IMG/VR virus record: IMGVR_UViG_3300033144_006696
Span: 1 to 64,000 of that record
DNA from: a virus
Direction: 5' to 3' (one strand)
Length of the DNA: 64,000 nt
Below, piece after piece: positions 27,295-36,206 of the stretch. The position numbers and the translations under genes were made by a program. Position 1 is the first letter of the stretch, and every line of letters starts with the position of its first letter. The notes below the pieces were generated by a model that did not search any database, had not been told where the DNA came from, and saw nothing but the letters and a program-made list of their open reading frames with translations.

Positions 27295-27970
27295 ATTAAA
27301 GAAAATAAAAAAAGAAAAAAGAAAAAAGAAAATACCTTCTCCTTTTACAAAGGAATTTTATGCCTCTATGTCACCTGAAGTAAAAAAGGCATATTTTGAT
27401 AAAAGAACAAAAAATAGAAAAAAAAATGGAGCTAAAACTCCTTCAAAGGGATTAAAGAAATTTTATGCCTCTATGTCTCCAGCAAAAAAGAAAAAGTTTT
27501 TTGATAAAATAATGAAAAATAGAAAAAAAAATGGAGCTAAAACTTCTTCAAAGGGATTGAAGGAATTTTATGCCTCTATGTCACCTGAAGTAAAAAAGGC
27601 ATATTTTGATAAAAGAACAAAAGCATCAGCAGAAACTAAAAAAAGGATTGGATATAAACCAGATCTAAAAGGATTAATTGCATATAGAAATAATATGACT
27701 TTAGCAGAAAAGAAGAAATTTTATAGCAAAAGAGCAAAAACTTTAAGAAAAACTAATGCAAAAAGAACACCGGAATCGAAAAAAGCACAAACTTCTAATG
27801 CAGTTAAAGCCAGAAAAGCAATTATTGCTACACCAGAAGGTAGAGCAAGATTAGCAGCAATAACCACTAAGAGTATATTGAAATCACAAAACTCTATAGT
27901 AATAAGAGATCTTCCAAGAATTAATGATTATGCAGGAAATATTACTTTTTCGGAGTATGAATCCTTATGA
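27284..27970 (+). CDS. Basic repeat protein (NUMOD-like helical repeats, no nuclease motif seen)
   Basis: 35-aa repeats KEFYASMSPEVKKAYFDKRTK.RKKNGAKT.SKGL. Confidence 0.6.
   Translation: MMSKLKKIKKEKRKKKIPSPFTKEFYASMSPEVKKAYFDKRTKNRKKNGAKTPSKGLKKFYASMSPAKKKKFFDKIMKNRKKNGAKTSSKGLKEFYASMSPEVKKAYFDKRTKASAETKKRIGYKPDLKGLIAYRNNMTLAEKKKFYSKRAKTLRKTNAKRTPESKKAQTSNAVKARKAIIATPEGRARLAAITTKSILKSQNSIVIRDLPRINDYAGNITFSEYESL
27351..27622 (+). repeat. 105-bp tandem repeat, about 2.6 copies
   Basis: 62 bp identical at 27351-27412 and 27561-27622, diverged middle copy at about 27456. Confidence 0.85.
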
Positions 27971-30645
27971 GAAAAAAACCACCAGTAATTTGGAAACCAT
28001 GGCCTGGAGCACAGCAGAGATTTTTGACTTGTCCTGTATGGGAATGCTTACTCCATGGCAACCGGGGCGGCGGGAAGACGGATGTGCTGATAATGGATTA
28101 TTTGCAAAATGTAGGAAAGGGGTTTGGAGCTGACTATAAAGGACTATTGCTTAGAGAGGCTACTACAGAACTCGGGGATGTGATTTCTAAAACAAAGAAA
28201 TGGATTCCAAGAATTTTTCCAATGGCAAAATTCAATAATTCTAAAAAAGTATGGACTTTTCCAGAAGGAGAAACACTATGGTTGAATTATGCAAGAGTAG
28301 ATGTGGATTATGAACAATACCACGGACATGAGTTTTGTTACGATAGTGACACAGAAATTCTTTTACCTGATAAGCAGCAGAAAAAAGCTAAAAATATAAA
28401 AATTGGTGATTTAGTTCAGACTTTACAGGGACCGAAAAAAATCACCAAAATTTTTAAATCAAAAAAGATAGGTGTTAAAGTTTCTGCTTTAGATGAGGAT
28501 TTGAATTTAATAAGTCAGCAACAGCAAGCTTTAACACATTCTGTTTTGACCAACGACGGATGGCAACGGATAGGGTTGTCCTGCTTGTTTCAAGTTTCTG
28601 AGCAATCTGAAGTTGGGAAACATTATTTAAAAGAAGTTTCTCAATTTCTTTTTGGTGTGCATCAAGAAATCCTGGCGGCTTCGCAGTTGAACCTTTGCTT
28701 GGTAGAGTTCCATTCCATTTCTGCAAATATCTCCAAATGGTATTCTTGTTTGTGTCAAATTTTTTCCCAATTTCTACATTTGATAATTTCATACTCTTCA
28801 TTTTCAAAATCTCAGATTTGTGAACTTCAAGAAAGCCTATTGGCTTGCCGCTTTGAAAAAGTTTTGGGAATCTTCGATAAAGAGTGGAAACATGAACACC
28901 AAATATTTCTGCAACTTCTTCAGCACTGTTCTTTTTTAATAGATCTTGCACATCAATTTCAAGCATCTTATTTTCATCAAAGGCTGTCCATTGTATGTCA
29001 TATTTTTGAATTATCTTCTTTACTAAAGATTCAGAAATGTCCAATAAATCAGCAGCAATATTCCTTGAAATACTATTATTCTTTGCAAATCCTTTTACTT
29101 TCTGAATTAATTCGGGATTATGATGCATTGAATGGTACTTACCAAGATGTTCAGCATGATCTTTACAGAGTATTAGATTATCAGGATGATTGTTTGAAGG
29201 ATTCTTATCATCATGGTGCGGAATTTCACCAGGAAGTAGAAAACGATTTAATTTCTGCTCCATCACAAATCTGTGTTCAAAAATACAACCTCCTTTCTGT
29301 GCATAAGGATGATTTGGGCACTTTAACAGAATGTAGCCCTTCTTATCTGGAGAAAGTCTCTTATAGACAACCTTACTCTTATGAATTTTTTCAAACAACT
29401 GCTGCATTGAATCCTGTTTCTTTTTCCGTTTCCTCATTAGAGACTCCTATTGATATGGTTGATTTTGAAGTAGAAGATGCTCACCACTATTTAACATCAA
29501 TGAACAGTATCATAGATAATGAAAAGAGTCAAGATATATTTACTGTAAGTTCCAATTGCTATATTGGTTGGGAAGAAATAAGTAACCATGCTTTACCAAA
29601 CGTCTATTTAAAATTGATGTCTTGTAATCGTTCTTCAAATCCCAAAATACCATTGAAATATAGAGCAACATGTAATCCTAGCGGCCCAGGACATCAATGG
29701 TTAAAACGAAGGTTCATTGATGCAGGACCTCCAGGGAAAATTCAAAGAGAAAAATTAGAATTTGAATATCCTGATAAAAATGGAGAAATGACAAAAACTG
29801 AATTGACAGTAGCAAGAACTCATGTTCAAAGTTATCAATCAGAGAATAAATCATTAGCTGAAGCAGATCCTTTATACATGGCCAAAATCTTTTCACTTAC
29901 CCAAGATAATGAGATGTTAAGAAAGGCATGGATTGATGGAAGTTGGGATTTATTGATTGGTGGATTTTTCACTGATGTATGGGACCCTAAAATACACGTT
30001 CTTCCAAATTTTAAACCACCAAAATCTTGGAAACTTTTTAGGAGTTTTGATTGGGGTTCTTCTAAGCCATGGGCAGTCACTTACGGAGCAGAATGTAATG
30101 GTGAACAACCAATTCCAATTGATGTTGATTTGCCATATTTTCCAAAAGGATCAGTTGTTATTTTAAATGAAATTTATGGGTGGACAGGAATTCCAAATGA
30201 GGGTGATCAAGCAATATCTTCTGAGATTGCTGAAAGGGTTTTAGCTGTTGACAATGTTTTATTTGGTGAGTATGCTATGAAAGTTATACCTGGACCTGCT
30301 GATTCTGCAATTTGGGCTGTTATTGATGGGACTTCAATTGGTGCTGCATTGACAAATTCTGGATGTAATTGGACAAGAGCGCATAAAGGACCAGGATCAA
30401 GAGTAGCTGGATGGTCAATTATTAGACAAATGTTAGGAGCAGCAAAAAGGAAAGATCTTGAACGACCACATTTATATTTCTTTCAGCAAGCAGAACACCA
30501 TATTAGAACTTTGCCATTACAACAAAGAGACAAGAAAAAACCTGAAGATCTTCAAACCGATGGGGAAGATCACATTTGTGACAGTTTACGGTATCTTTTG
30601 TCACGTAAAATGACAACAATGAAAAGACGAAAGGTAGGTATTTGA
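27967..30645 (+). CDS. terL: Terminase large subunit containing an intein
   Basis: GNRGGGKT Walker A, HEF|CYIGWEE Walker B split by intein, ATCNP, FDWG, DH.CDSLRY nuclease motifs. Confidence 0.95.
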   Translation: MRKKPPVIWKPWPGAQQRFLTCPVWECLLHGNRGGGKTDVLIMDYLQNVGKGFGADYKGLLLREATTELGDVISKTKKWIPRIFPMAKFNNSKKVWTFPEGETLWLNYARVDVDYEQYHGHEFCYDSDTEILLPDKQQKKAKNIKIGDLVQTLQGPKKITKIFKSKKIGVKVSALDEDLNLISQQQQALTHSVLTNDGWQRIGLSCLFQVSEQSEVGKHYLKEVSQFLFGVHQEILAASQLNLCLVEFHSISANISKWYSCLCQIFSQFLHLIISYSSFSKSQICELQESLLACRFEKVLGIFDKEWKHEHQIFLQLLQHCSFLIDLAHQFQASYFHQRLSIVCHIFELSSLLKIQKCPINQQQYSLKYYYSLQILLLSELIRDYDALNGTYQDVQHDLYRVLDYQDDCLKDSYHHGAEFHQEVENDLISAPSQICVQKYNLLSVHKDDLGTLTECSPSYLEKVSYRQPYSYEFFQTTAALNPVSFSVSSLETPIDMVDFEVEDAHHYLTSMNSIIDNEKSQDIFTVSSNCYIGWEEISNHALPNVYLKLMSCNRSSNPKIPLKYRATCNPSGPGHQWLKRRFIDAGPPGKIQREKLEFEYPDKNGEMTKTELTVARTHVQSYQSENKSLAEADPLYMAKIFSLTQDNEMLRKAWIDGSWDLLIGGFFTDVWDPKIHVLPNFKPPKSWKLFRSFDWGSSKPWAVTYGAECNGEQPIPIDVDLPYFPKGSVVILNEIYGWTGIPNEGDQAISSEIAERVLAVDNVLFGEYAMKVIPGPADSAIWAVIDGTSIGAALTNSGCNWTRAHKGPGSRVAGWSIIRQMLGAAKRKDLERPHLYFFQQAEHHIRTLPLQQRDKKKPEDLQTDGEDHICDSLRYLLSRKMTTMKRRKVGI
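28475..29437 (-). CDS. HNH endonuclease with multiple HTH domains, antisense inside the TerL intein
   Basis: GYILLKCPNHPYA..GG.IFEHRFVME.KL.R...E.PHHDDKNPSNNHPDNL; four HTH-like repeats (e.g. AEEVAEIFGVHVSTLYRR); AGGAG SD 7 nt before ATG. Confidence 0.9.
   Translation of the reverse strand: MRKRKKKQDSMQQLFEKIHKSKVVYKRLSPDKKGYILLKCPNHPYAQKGGCIFEHRFVMEQKLNRFLLPGEIPHHDDKNPSNNHPDNLILCKDHAEHLGKYHSMHHNPELIQKVKGFAKNNSISRNIAADLLDISESLVKKIIQKYDIQWTAFDENKMLEIDVQDLLKKNSAEEVAEIFGVHVSTLYRRFPKLFQSGKPIGFLEVHKSEILKMKSMKLSNVEIGKKFDTNKNTIWRYLQKWNGTLPSKGSTAKPPGFLDAHQKEIEKLLLNNVSQLQIAQKLETSRTTLSVAIRRWSKQNVLKLAVADLLNSNPHLKQKL
29504..29532 (-). promoter_or_regulatory. Candidate antisense sigma70 promoter for the nested HNH gene
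   Basis: TTGACT-17-TACTGT with TGn extension, inside an atypical insertion between intein blocks F and G. Confidence 0.55.
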
Positions 30646-30722
30646 TTCTTTCTGTTATTTAATACTTGATTCGTTTCATTATTAAATATAATATGCTTTA
30701 TAATCCTAAAGGAGGATAAGGC

Positions 30723-31298
30723 ATGAAAAGAGTTAAAATTATTTCAGATACAATTCAAGAGTTTTGGGAGAGATATTATTTTTGTGGTAATTATTTTCAA
30801 AAGAATGGTAAAAGATTGCATAGAGAAGTTTGGAAATTCTATAAAGGAGAAATTCCCAAAGGTTTTATAGTACATCACATAAAAGAGGATAAATCTAAAA
30901 ATCAAATTGAAGATTTTGAGCTTATGATAAGAGCAAAACATGTATTACATCACATTAAAAAAAGAAAACCCATTCCAATTACTAAACAATGTAGGGAAGC
31001 AGCAAACAAATGGCATGGTAGTGAAGATGGTAGAAAATGGCATAATAAACATTATGAAAATACTAAAAAAAATTTACAAAAAAAGATAGAAAGGGAATGT
31101 TCTTGGTGTGGTGAAATTTTTGAAAGCAAAAGAAAAAATGTAGATGTATTTTGTTCTGGAAAATGTAGAACAGCCAGCAGGAAGGCTTCTGGAATTGATG
31201 ATATTGAAAAAATATGTGAAGTATGTTCTAAATTTTATATGGCAAATAAATATTCAAAGGTGAAAACTTGTTCAAAGATTTGTAAACGTAAACTTTAA
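30723..31298 (+). CDS. HNH endonuclease with C-terminal zinc ribbons
   Basis: RLHREVW...IPKGFIVHHIKEDKSKNQIEDFEL...H..HH; CSWC..FCSGKC; CEVC..CSKIC. Confidence 0.8.
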   Translation: MKRVKIISDTIQEFWERYYFCGNYFQKNGKRLHREVWKFYKGEIPKGFIVHHIKEDKSKNQIEDFELMIRAKHVLHHIKKRKPIPITKQCREAANKWHGSEDGRKWHNKHYENTKKNLQKKIERECSWCGEIFESKRKNVDVFCSGKCRTASRKASGIDDIEKICEVCSKFYMANKYSKVKTCSKICKRKL

Positions 31299-31312
31299 AA
31301 AGGAAATAAACA

Positions 31313-31609
31313 ATGGCGAAAGTAAGTTTAATGAATGCACAAGAAAAACAATGGCAGAGAGAATGGGATGCACGTACATTAGCAGATGCTGAAGAGATAA
31401 GGGCAAAACCTGCTCGATTAAAAGGTGCACAACAGGCAGCAAAAACAATGGCAAAAGATGCTCAAGTAAAAGCTGCATCATTGAGTAAGGTTGCCAAAAC
31501 AACTGCACCCAAAGCAAAACCAAGAGCTAAAGTTGCTCCTAGAACTGCTCCAAAGAAGAGCACAGCGACTGTGAATAGTAATACAAAAACTCCTTATAAA
31601 AGGAAATAA
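31313..31609 (+). CDS. Small basic hypothetical protein
   Basis: EKQWQREWDARTLADAEEI plus Ala/Lys-rich tail. Confidence 0.65.
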   Translation: MAKVSLMNAQEKQWQREWDARTLADAEEIRAKPARLKGAQQAAKTMAKDAQVKAASLSKVAKTTAPKAKPRAKVAPRTAPKKSTATVNSNTKTPYKRK

Positions 31610-31612
31610 ACA

Positions 31613-33139
31613 ATGATAACCCCTAAAACAGTTCAATCAAGTTCTGTAAGTACAGAACATGTTGATTATGTGAAGTTTAAAAAGCCTTGGGTACGTGTTC
31701 GTGATTGCATGGAAGGTGAAGATGCAATCAAAGATAAGGAAGAAACTTATCTTCCTCGTCCTTCTGGTATGACTGGTGATTATGCTGCTGCATATGATCC
31801 TTATAAAGAAAGAGCACATTTTCCTTTGGTTACTTCTTATGCGCTTCAAGGAGCTTTGGGTATTGTTATTACTAAACTTCCTGAATTTAATGTGCCAAAA
31901 GAATTAGAATACATCATCAAGACAGCAACTAAAGATGGTAGGTCATTGCAGCAACTTTTTCTTGATATGATTATTGAGATATTTCAGACAGGAAGATCTC
32001 CAATTTTAGTGGATATTGTTTCTGCTAAGAATGAGTTTAGGTTTGTGCAATATAAAGCAGAAGATTTTATTAATTGGAAAACTGCTTTGGTTGAAGATGA
32101 AAGGAATCTTATTCTTGGAGTTTTGAAAGAAGTACGTCCATCCAGTTTAGATATATTTTCTCATGACACTGATGATGTATATAGAGTTCTCAATATGAAT
32201 GAAAATGGTGAATATTACACCACCCTTTATACAGATGATGGAGTAAATTTAACATCTGAAATTATTCCTCATTTTAGAGGAAAATCAATAAAAGAGATTC
32301 CTCTTTTTCTTGCAGGATCAATTAACAATTCATTTGATCTGCAACCAATACCTTTGATATCTGTAGCCAATTGTTCTATCCAAATTTATCGGAAAGAAGC
32401 TGATCTTGCAAATTCAGAATATTTATCATGTAATCCGACTCTTTGTATTGTTGGCGCATCTAATGATGGAGATCTTCCAAATGTTGTGGGTTCTTCAGTC
32501 ATGATTGTGTTGCCTAACGAGCAAGCAAGAGTTTTCTATACAGTGACAGACACAGCAGCACTAACACACGTTAAACAGCATATAACCGATCTTTATGACG
32601 AAGCTATTCGTCATGGTGTTGCTATTCTTGACGCACGAAAGGGTGTTGAAGCAGCAGAGTCATTGAGAATCAGGCAATCAACACAATCAGCTTCTATTTA
32701 TTCTGTGTATCTTGCAGCTATGAATGCCATTAAGGAAGGCTTAATAGCAATGTGTAAATGGGGTGAATATAATGAAGAAGATATTATTCTTGATGCTCCA
32801 TCTTCATTGACACAAGGTATTCCTGATTCATCTGTACTGAAAGAAATTATTGAAGGATTTTCAACAGAGGTTATTCCACTTCCAGTTATTCATAGATATC
32901 TTGTTTATTCTGGCCTTTTAGACCAAACTGTGGGATTTGAAGATTATATAGAACAATTAAATGCTTATAAACCAACTGTTAAGACTGATAATAATGGTGC
33001 AGTTGCTGATGTATCTGATACAGTTGAAGAAGATTCTTTGGATAAAGATGGTAATATTATAAAAACTAAATCAATAAAAAAACAAACAACATCCGCAGAA
33101 ATAAAAAAAGAAAGTGAAGGACCGGAAGATACTAATTGA
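31613..33139 (+). CDS. Portal protein (DUF4055-like)
   Basis: W..VRD..EGEDAIK...TYLPRP...Y..YKERA.F; position and size after TerL. Confidence 0.85.
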   Translation: MITPKTVQSSSVSTEHVDYVKFKKPWVRVRDCMEGEDAIKDKEETYLPRPSGMTGDYAAAYDPYKERAHFPLVTSYALQGALGIVITKLPEFNVPKELEYIIKTATKDGRSLQQLFLDMIIEIFQTGRSPILVDIVSAKNEFRFVQYKAEDFINWKTALVEDERNLILGVLKEVRPSSLDIFSHDTDDVYRVLNMNENGEYYTTLYTDDGVNLTSEIIPHFRGKSIKEIPLFLAGSINNSFDLQPIPLISVANCSIQIYRKEADLANSEYLSCNPTLCIVGASNDGDLPNVVGSSVMIVLPNEQARVFYTVTDTAALTHVKQHITDLYDEAIRHGVAILDARKGVEAAESLRIRQSTQSASIYSVYLAAMNAIKEGLIAMCKWGEYNEEDIILDAPSSLTQGIPDSSVLKEIIEGFSTEVIPLPVIHRYLVYSGLLDQTVGFEDYIEQLNAYKPTVKTDNNGAVADVSDTVEEDSLDKDGNIIKTKSIKKQTTSAEIKKESEGPEDTN

Positions 33140-33241
33140 TATTATCTTAATAATACAATATGTTTTGATTGATTAAATAACCGGAGTTTTGAGAACTCTA
33201 AACTGGAATTCTGAGAATTCCCAAATTAGGAGATTTATAAC

Positions 33242-34021
33242 ATGACAGATTTCAATTTTATTGAAGATGAGGAACTGAGAACTAAAGCAGAAGATGTTCA
33301 CAAGATTGATGTGGATGAACTGACTGTCAATTTGACAAACAGTGCTAAGACTCAGATTGAGGAAGCCGTTGAAGGCTTGAAAACTAAAAATGCTGAAATT
33401 TTAGACGAAAAGAAAGCACTCGCACAGAATCTCAAGAAATTTGATGGTTTTGATGTTGAAGTTGCCAAAACTGCCACTGAATTTTATGAAGCACATAAGG
33501 ATGCTGAATTTTTGAAAGATGGAACTGTTGAAGAATTAATTGAAAAGAAAACATCCCAGTTGAATTCTGATCATGAAGTCCAGGTAAATGAACTTACTGA
33601 AAAACTGTCCGCAGCAGTTGAACACGGAGCAACATACCAATTACTCTTTGAATCTAAAGTCATTGATGATGGTTTAAGAGCTGAAGCAGTGAAACAGGGT
33701 GTTCGTGTTGAAGCTGTTGATGATATCATTCTACGGGGTCGTGGTGTGTTCTCACTTGATGAGAAAAAGCAGATTGAAGCTCGTGATTCTGAAGGTAAAC
33801 TTGCTATCACTGAAGATAAAAAAGTTCTGAATGTTAAAAATTGGATTACTGGATTAAAAGATACTTCTCCACATTATTGGCCAGATTCCAGAGGTGCTGG
33901 TGCTCATGGTGGAGCTGGTGGTAATGATTCTGATTACACAGTTAAATTGGCGGAACTTGCTGCAAAGGGTGATATGACAGGTTATCGTGCTTTACGTGAT
34001 AAACATCAAAAAGCTAAATAA
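33242..34021 (+). CDS. Capsid scaffolding protein
   Basis: Coiled coil, GLK.KN.EIL.EKK, W...LK...PHYWP.S.G.GA.G C-terminus. Confidence 0.8.
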   Translation: MTDFNFIEDEELRTKAEDVHKIDVDELTVNLTNSAKTQIEEAVEGLKTKNAEILDEKKALAQNLKKFDGFDVEVAKTATEFYEAHKDAEFLKDGTVEELIEKKTSQLNSDHEVQVNELTEKLSAAVEHGATYQLLFESKVIDDGLRAEAVKQGVRVEAVDDIILRGRGVFSLDEKKQIEARDSEGKLAITEDKKVLNVKNWITGLKDTSPHYWPDSRGAGAHGGAGGNDSDYTVKLAELAAKGDMTGYRALRDKHQKAK

Positions 34022-34048
34022 AGATAATTTGTAAATATTGATTGATTA

Positions 34049-34077
34049 TTGACTGTTTATTGAATTTGTAGTATAGT
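34049..34077 (+). promoter_or_regulatory. sigma70-like promoter of the endonuclease cassette
   Basis: TTGACT-17-TATAGT. Confidence 0.65.
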
Positions 34078-34097
34078 TAATTTAAATAAATGTACAA

Positions 34098-34152
34098 AAT
34101 AAGGGATAGGGTCGCTCCTGAAAGATGGTTTACTCAGCCATTTTCCCTTATT
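34098..34152 (+). promoter_or_regulatory. Structured 5' leader element, copy A
   Basis: 9-bp closing stem AATAAGGGA/TCCCTTATT enclosing TAGGGTCGCTCCTGAAAG and a second hairpin. Confidence 0.6.
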
Positions 34153-34181
34153 AAATTTTGAGTATTAAATGGAGATTTAAA

Positions 34182-36035
34182 ATGGCGCCTAAATTGACAC
34201 TCTCTCAATTTATTCAAAAAGCAAATCAGGTACATAATTCAAATTATTCTTACGAAAAAACAACATACCAAAAATCTAATATTAAAACTACAGTAACCTG
34301 CAATGTTCATGGCAATTTTTCATTAACACCAAATAATCATTTGTCAGGAAAAGGATGTCCTGAATGTGCTTTAATTAAACGAGCAAATTCTTGTAAACTT
34401 ACTATTCAAGAATTTATTAAAAAAGCAAATAAAGTTCATTTAAACAAATATGATTATTCTAATTCAGTTTATTTGGGGATGGATAAAAAAATATCAATCA
34501 TTTGTCCCGTTTCTAATCATGGTGAATTTAGCCAATTAGCATGTAATCATGTTTTTGGAAAAGGATGTCCTAAATGCAAATCTGATAAAACATCTCTTCG
34601 TTGTAGACATTCAACAAAAGATTTTATCCGTAAAGCTAAAGAAATCCACGGAAATACTTATGATTATTCTATGGTTGATTATATAAGTGGTAAATTAAAA
34701 ATTAAAATTATCTGTAAAGAGCATGGTATTTTTGAACAAGTTCCACAAAGCCATTTGAGTGATAGTGGATGTCCAAAATGTGTTGGTTTTAATTCAACAT
34801 TTGAAGATTTTATTAGAGAAGCAAAATTAATTCACGGTGATAAATATGATTATTCATTAGTTAATGAGACATATAAAAATACTCGTGTAAAAATTCCAAT
34901 TATTTGTCCTGTCCATGGACAATTTTTCCAAACACCTTTTGTACATTTAAGAGGTAATGGTTGCAATTTATGTGGTTATGATACTACAGCGAAAAAGAGA
35001 ACATTAACTACTTCTGATTTTATAGAACGCTCAAAATTAATCCATAATAATTTCTATGATTATTCAAAATCAATATACATAAAGAATAAAACAGAAATTT
35101 CTATTTGCTGCCCTCTTCATGGATTATTTACTCAGTCTCCAAATAACCATCTTGCAGGAAAAGGATGTCCAAAATGTGTAGGTAGGATTTCAAAAGAAGA
35201 AATAGAAGTAGCTGATTTTTTGAAATCTTTAAATGTACAAGTACAAACATCAAACAAATCTATTCTTAATACAAAAGAATTGGATATTGTTCTTCCTGAT
35301 TTTAAAATTGCAGTAGAATATAATGGATTATATTGGCATTCTTCAGCAAGTCTAAGTTTTGGAAAATATAATCATTATAATAAAACTCAAGAATGTTTAG
35401 AAAAAGGGTATAGATTAGTTCATATTTTTAGTGATGATTGGAAGTTTAAAAAAGAAATAATTCAATCAATTTTATCTAATTTTGTGAATAAAACTCAAAT
35501 AAAATATTTTGCAAGAAAATGTATTTGTAAAAAAATACAAAAAGATTTAGCAGTAGAATTTCTTAATAAGAATCATCTTCAAGGATATGTTATAAGTTCT
35601 TTTCATTATGGTTTATTTTATAATGATAAACTTTTGCAAGTGATGTCTTTTAAAAAAGACAAACAAAATTTTAATTTAGTACGTCTTGCTGCTAAATTAA
35701 ATATTCAGGTAGTTGGTGGTGCAAATAAATTATTTAAACATTTTTGTAGAAATGAGGAATTTAAATCTGTTTTTACATTTGCTGATTTATATTTATTTAA
35801 TGGCCGTGTTTATGAACATCTTGGATTTAAGAAAATTAAAGAAATTCCAATTGATTACTCTTATGTGTATAAGGGAAAAAGAAAACATAAATTTGGTTTC
35901 AGAAGAAAACGTCTTAAAACATTATTGAATAATTTTGATGAAACTAAATCAGAATTATGGAATACTAGAAATAATGGAATTTACAGAATTTATGATTGTG
36001 GTAAAAATAAATATGAATTTGTAAAAAATACTTGA
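34182..36035 (+). CDS. Free-standing homing endonuclease-like protein (5 DUF723-like Zn modules + PD-(D/E)xK domain + C-terminal domain)
   Basis: 5x C..HG.F.Q.P..HL.G.GC..C; ELDIVLPDFKIAVEYNGLYWH; ARKC...FL..NHLQG; IYDCG; ATG 34182 with GGAG SD. Confidence 0.8.
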   Translation: MAPKLTLSQFIQKANQVHNSNYSYEKTTYQKSNIKTTVTCNVHGNFSLTPNNHLSGKGCPECALIKRANSCKLTIQEFIKKANKVHLNKYDYSNSVYLGMDKKISIICPVSNHGEFSQLACNHVFGKGCPKCKSDKTSLRCRHSTKDFIRKAKEIHGNTYDYSMVDYISGKLKIKIICKEHGIFEQVPQSHLSDSGCPKCVGFNSTFEDFIREAKLIHGDKYDYSLVNETYKNTRVKIPIICPVHGQFFQTPFVHLRGNGCNLCGYDTTAKKRTLTTSDFIERSKLIHNNFYDYSKSIYIKNKTEISICCPLHGLFTQSPNNHLAGKGCPKCVGRISKEEIEVADFLKSLNVQVQTSNKSILNTKELDIVLPDFKIAVEYNGLYWHSSASLSFGKYNHYNKTQECLEKGYRLVHIFSDDWKFKKEIIQSILSNFVNKTQIKYFARKCICKKIQKDLAVEFLNKNHLQGYVISSFHYGLFYNDKLLQVMSFKKDKQNFNLVRLAAKLNIQVVGGANKLFKHFCRNEEFKSVFTFADLYLFNGRVYEHLGFKKIKEIPIDYSYVYKGKRKHKFGFRRKRLKTLLNNFDETKSELWNTRNNGIYRIYDCGKNKYEFVKNT

Positions 36036-36060
36036 CAAATGAATATTCTTTGTTTAGTGT
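36032..36060 (+). promoter_or_regulatory. sigma70-like promoter upstream of the major capsid gene
   Basis: TTGACA-17-TAGTGT, followed by two hairpins in the leader. Confidence 0.55.
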
Positions 36061-36206
36061 AATGTTATATAGTGGTGTTTCTGGGAAACACCACATCAAT
36101 TTAGAAAAAGTCTTGGGGGCTACGATTACTTATTTTGTGAATAAGTAACTTAGTCCCTTTTTTTATGTAAAATATTTAATAAACAATTAAAGTAAGGAGA
36201 TTTATC

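Larger units (their letters stand above)
28336..29556 (+). mobile_element. Intein (407 aa) in TerL with no in-frame nuclease domain
   Basis: Starts CYDSDTEILL, IKIGDLV, block B ALTHSVLT..GW, block F MVDFEVEDAHHYLT, ends VSSN followed by extein Cys. Confidence 0.85.

Noticed and set aside
34098-34152. Hammerhead ribozyme for the endonuclease leader motif
   Set aside because: It has GAAA after a stem but lacks the CUGANGA strand; kept as an unidentified motif instead.
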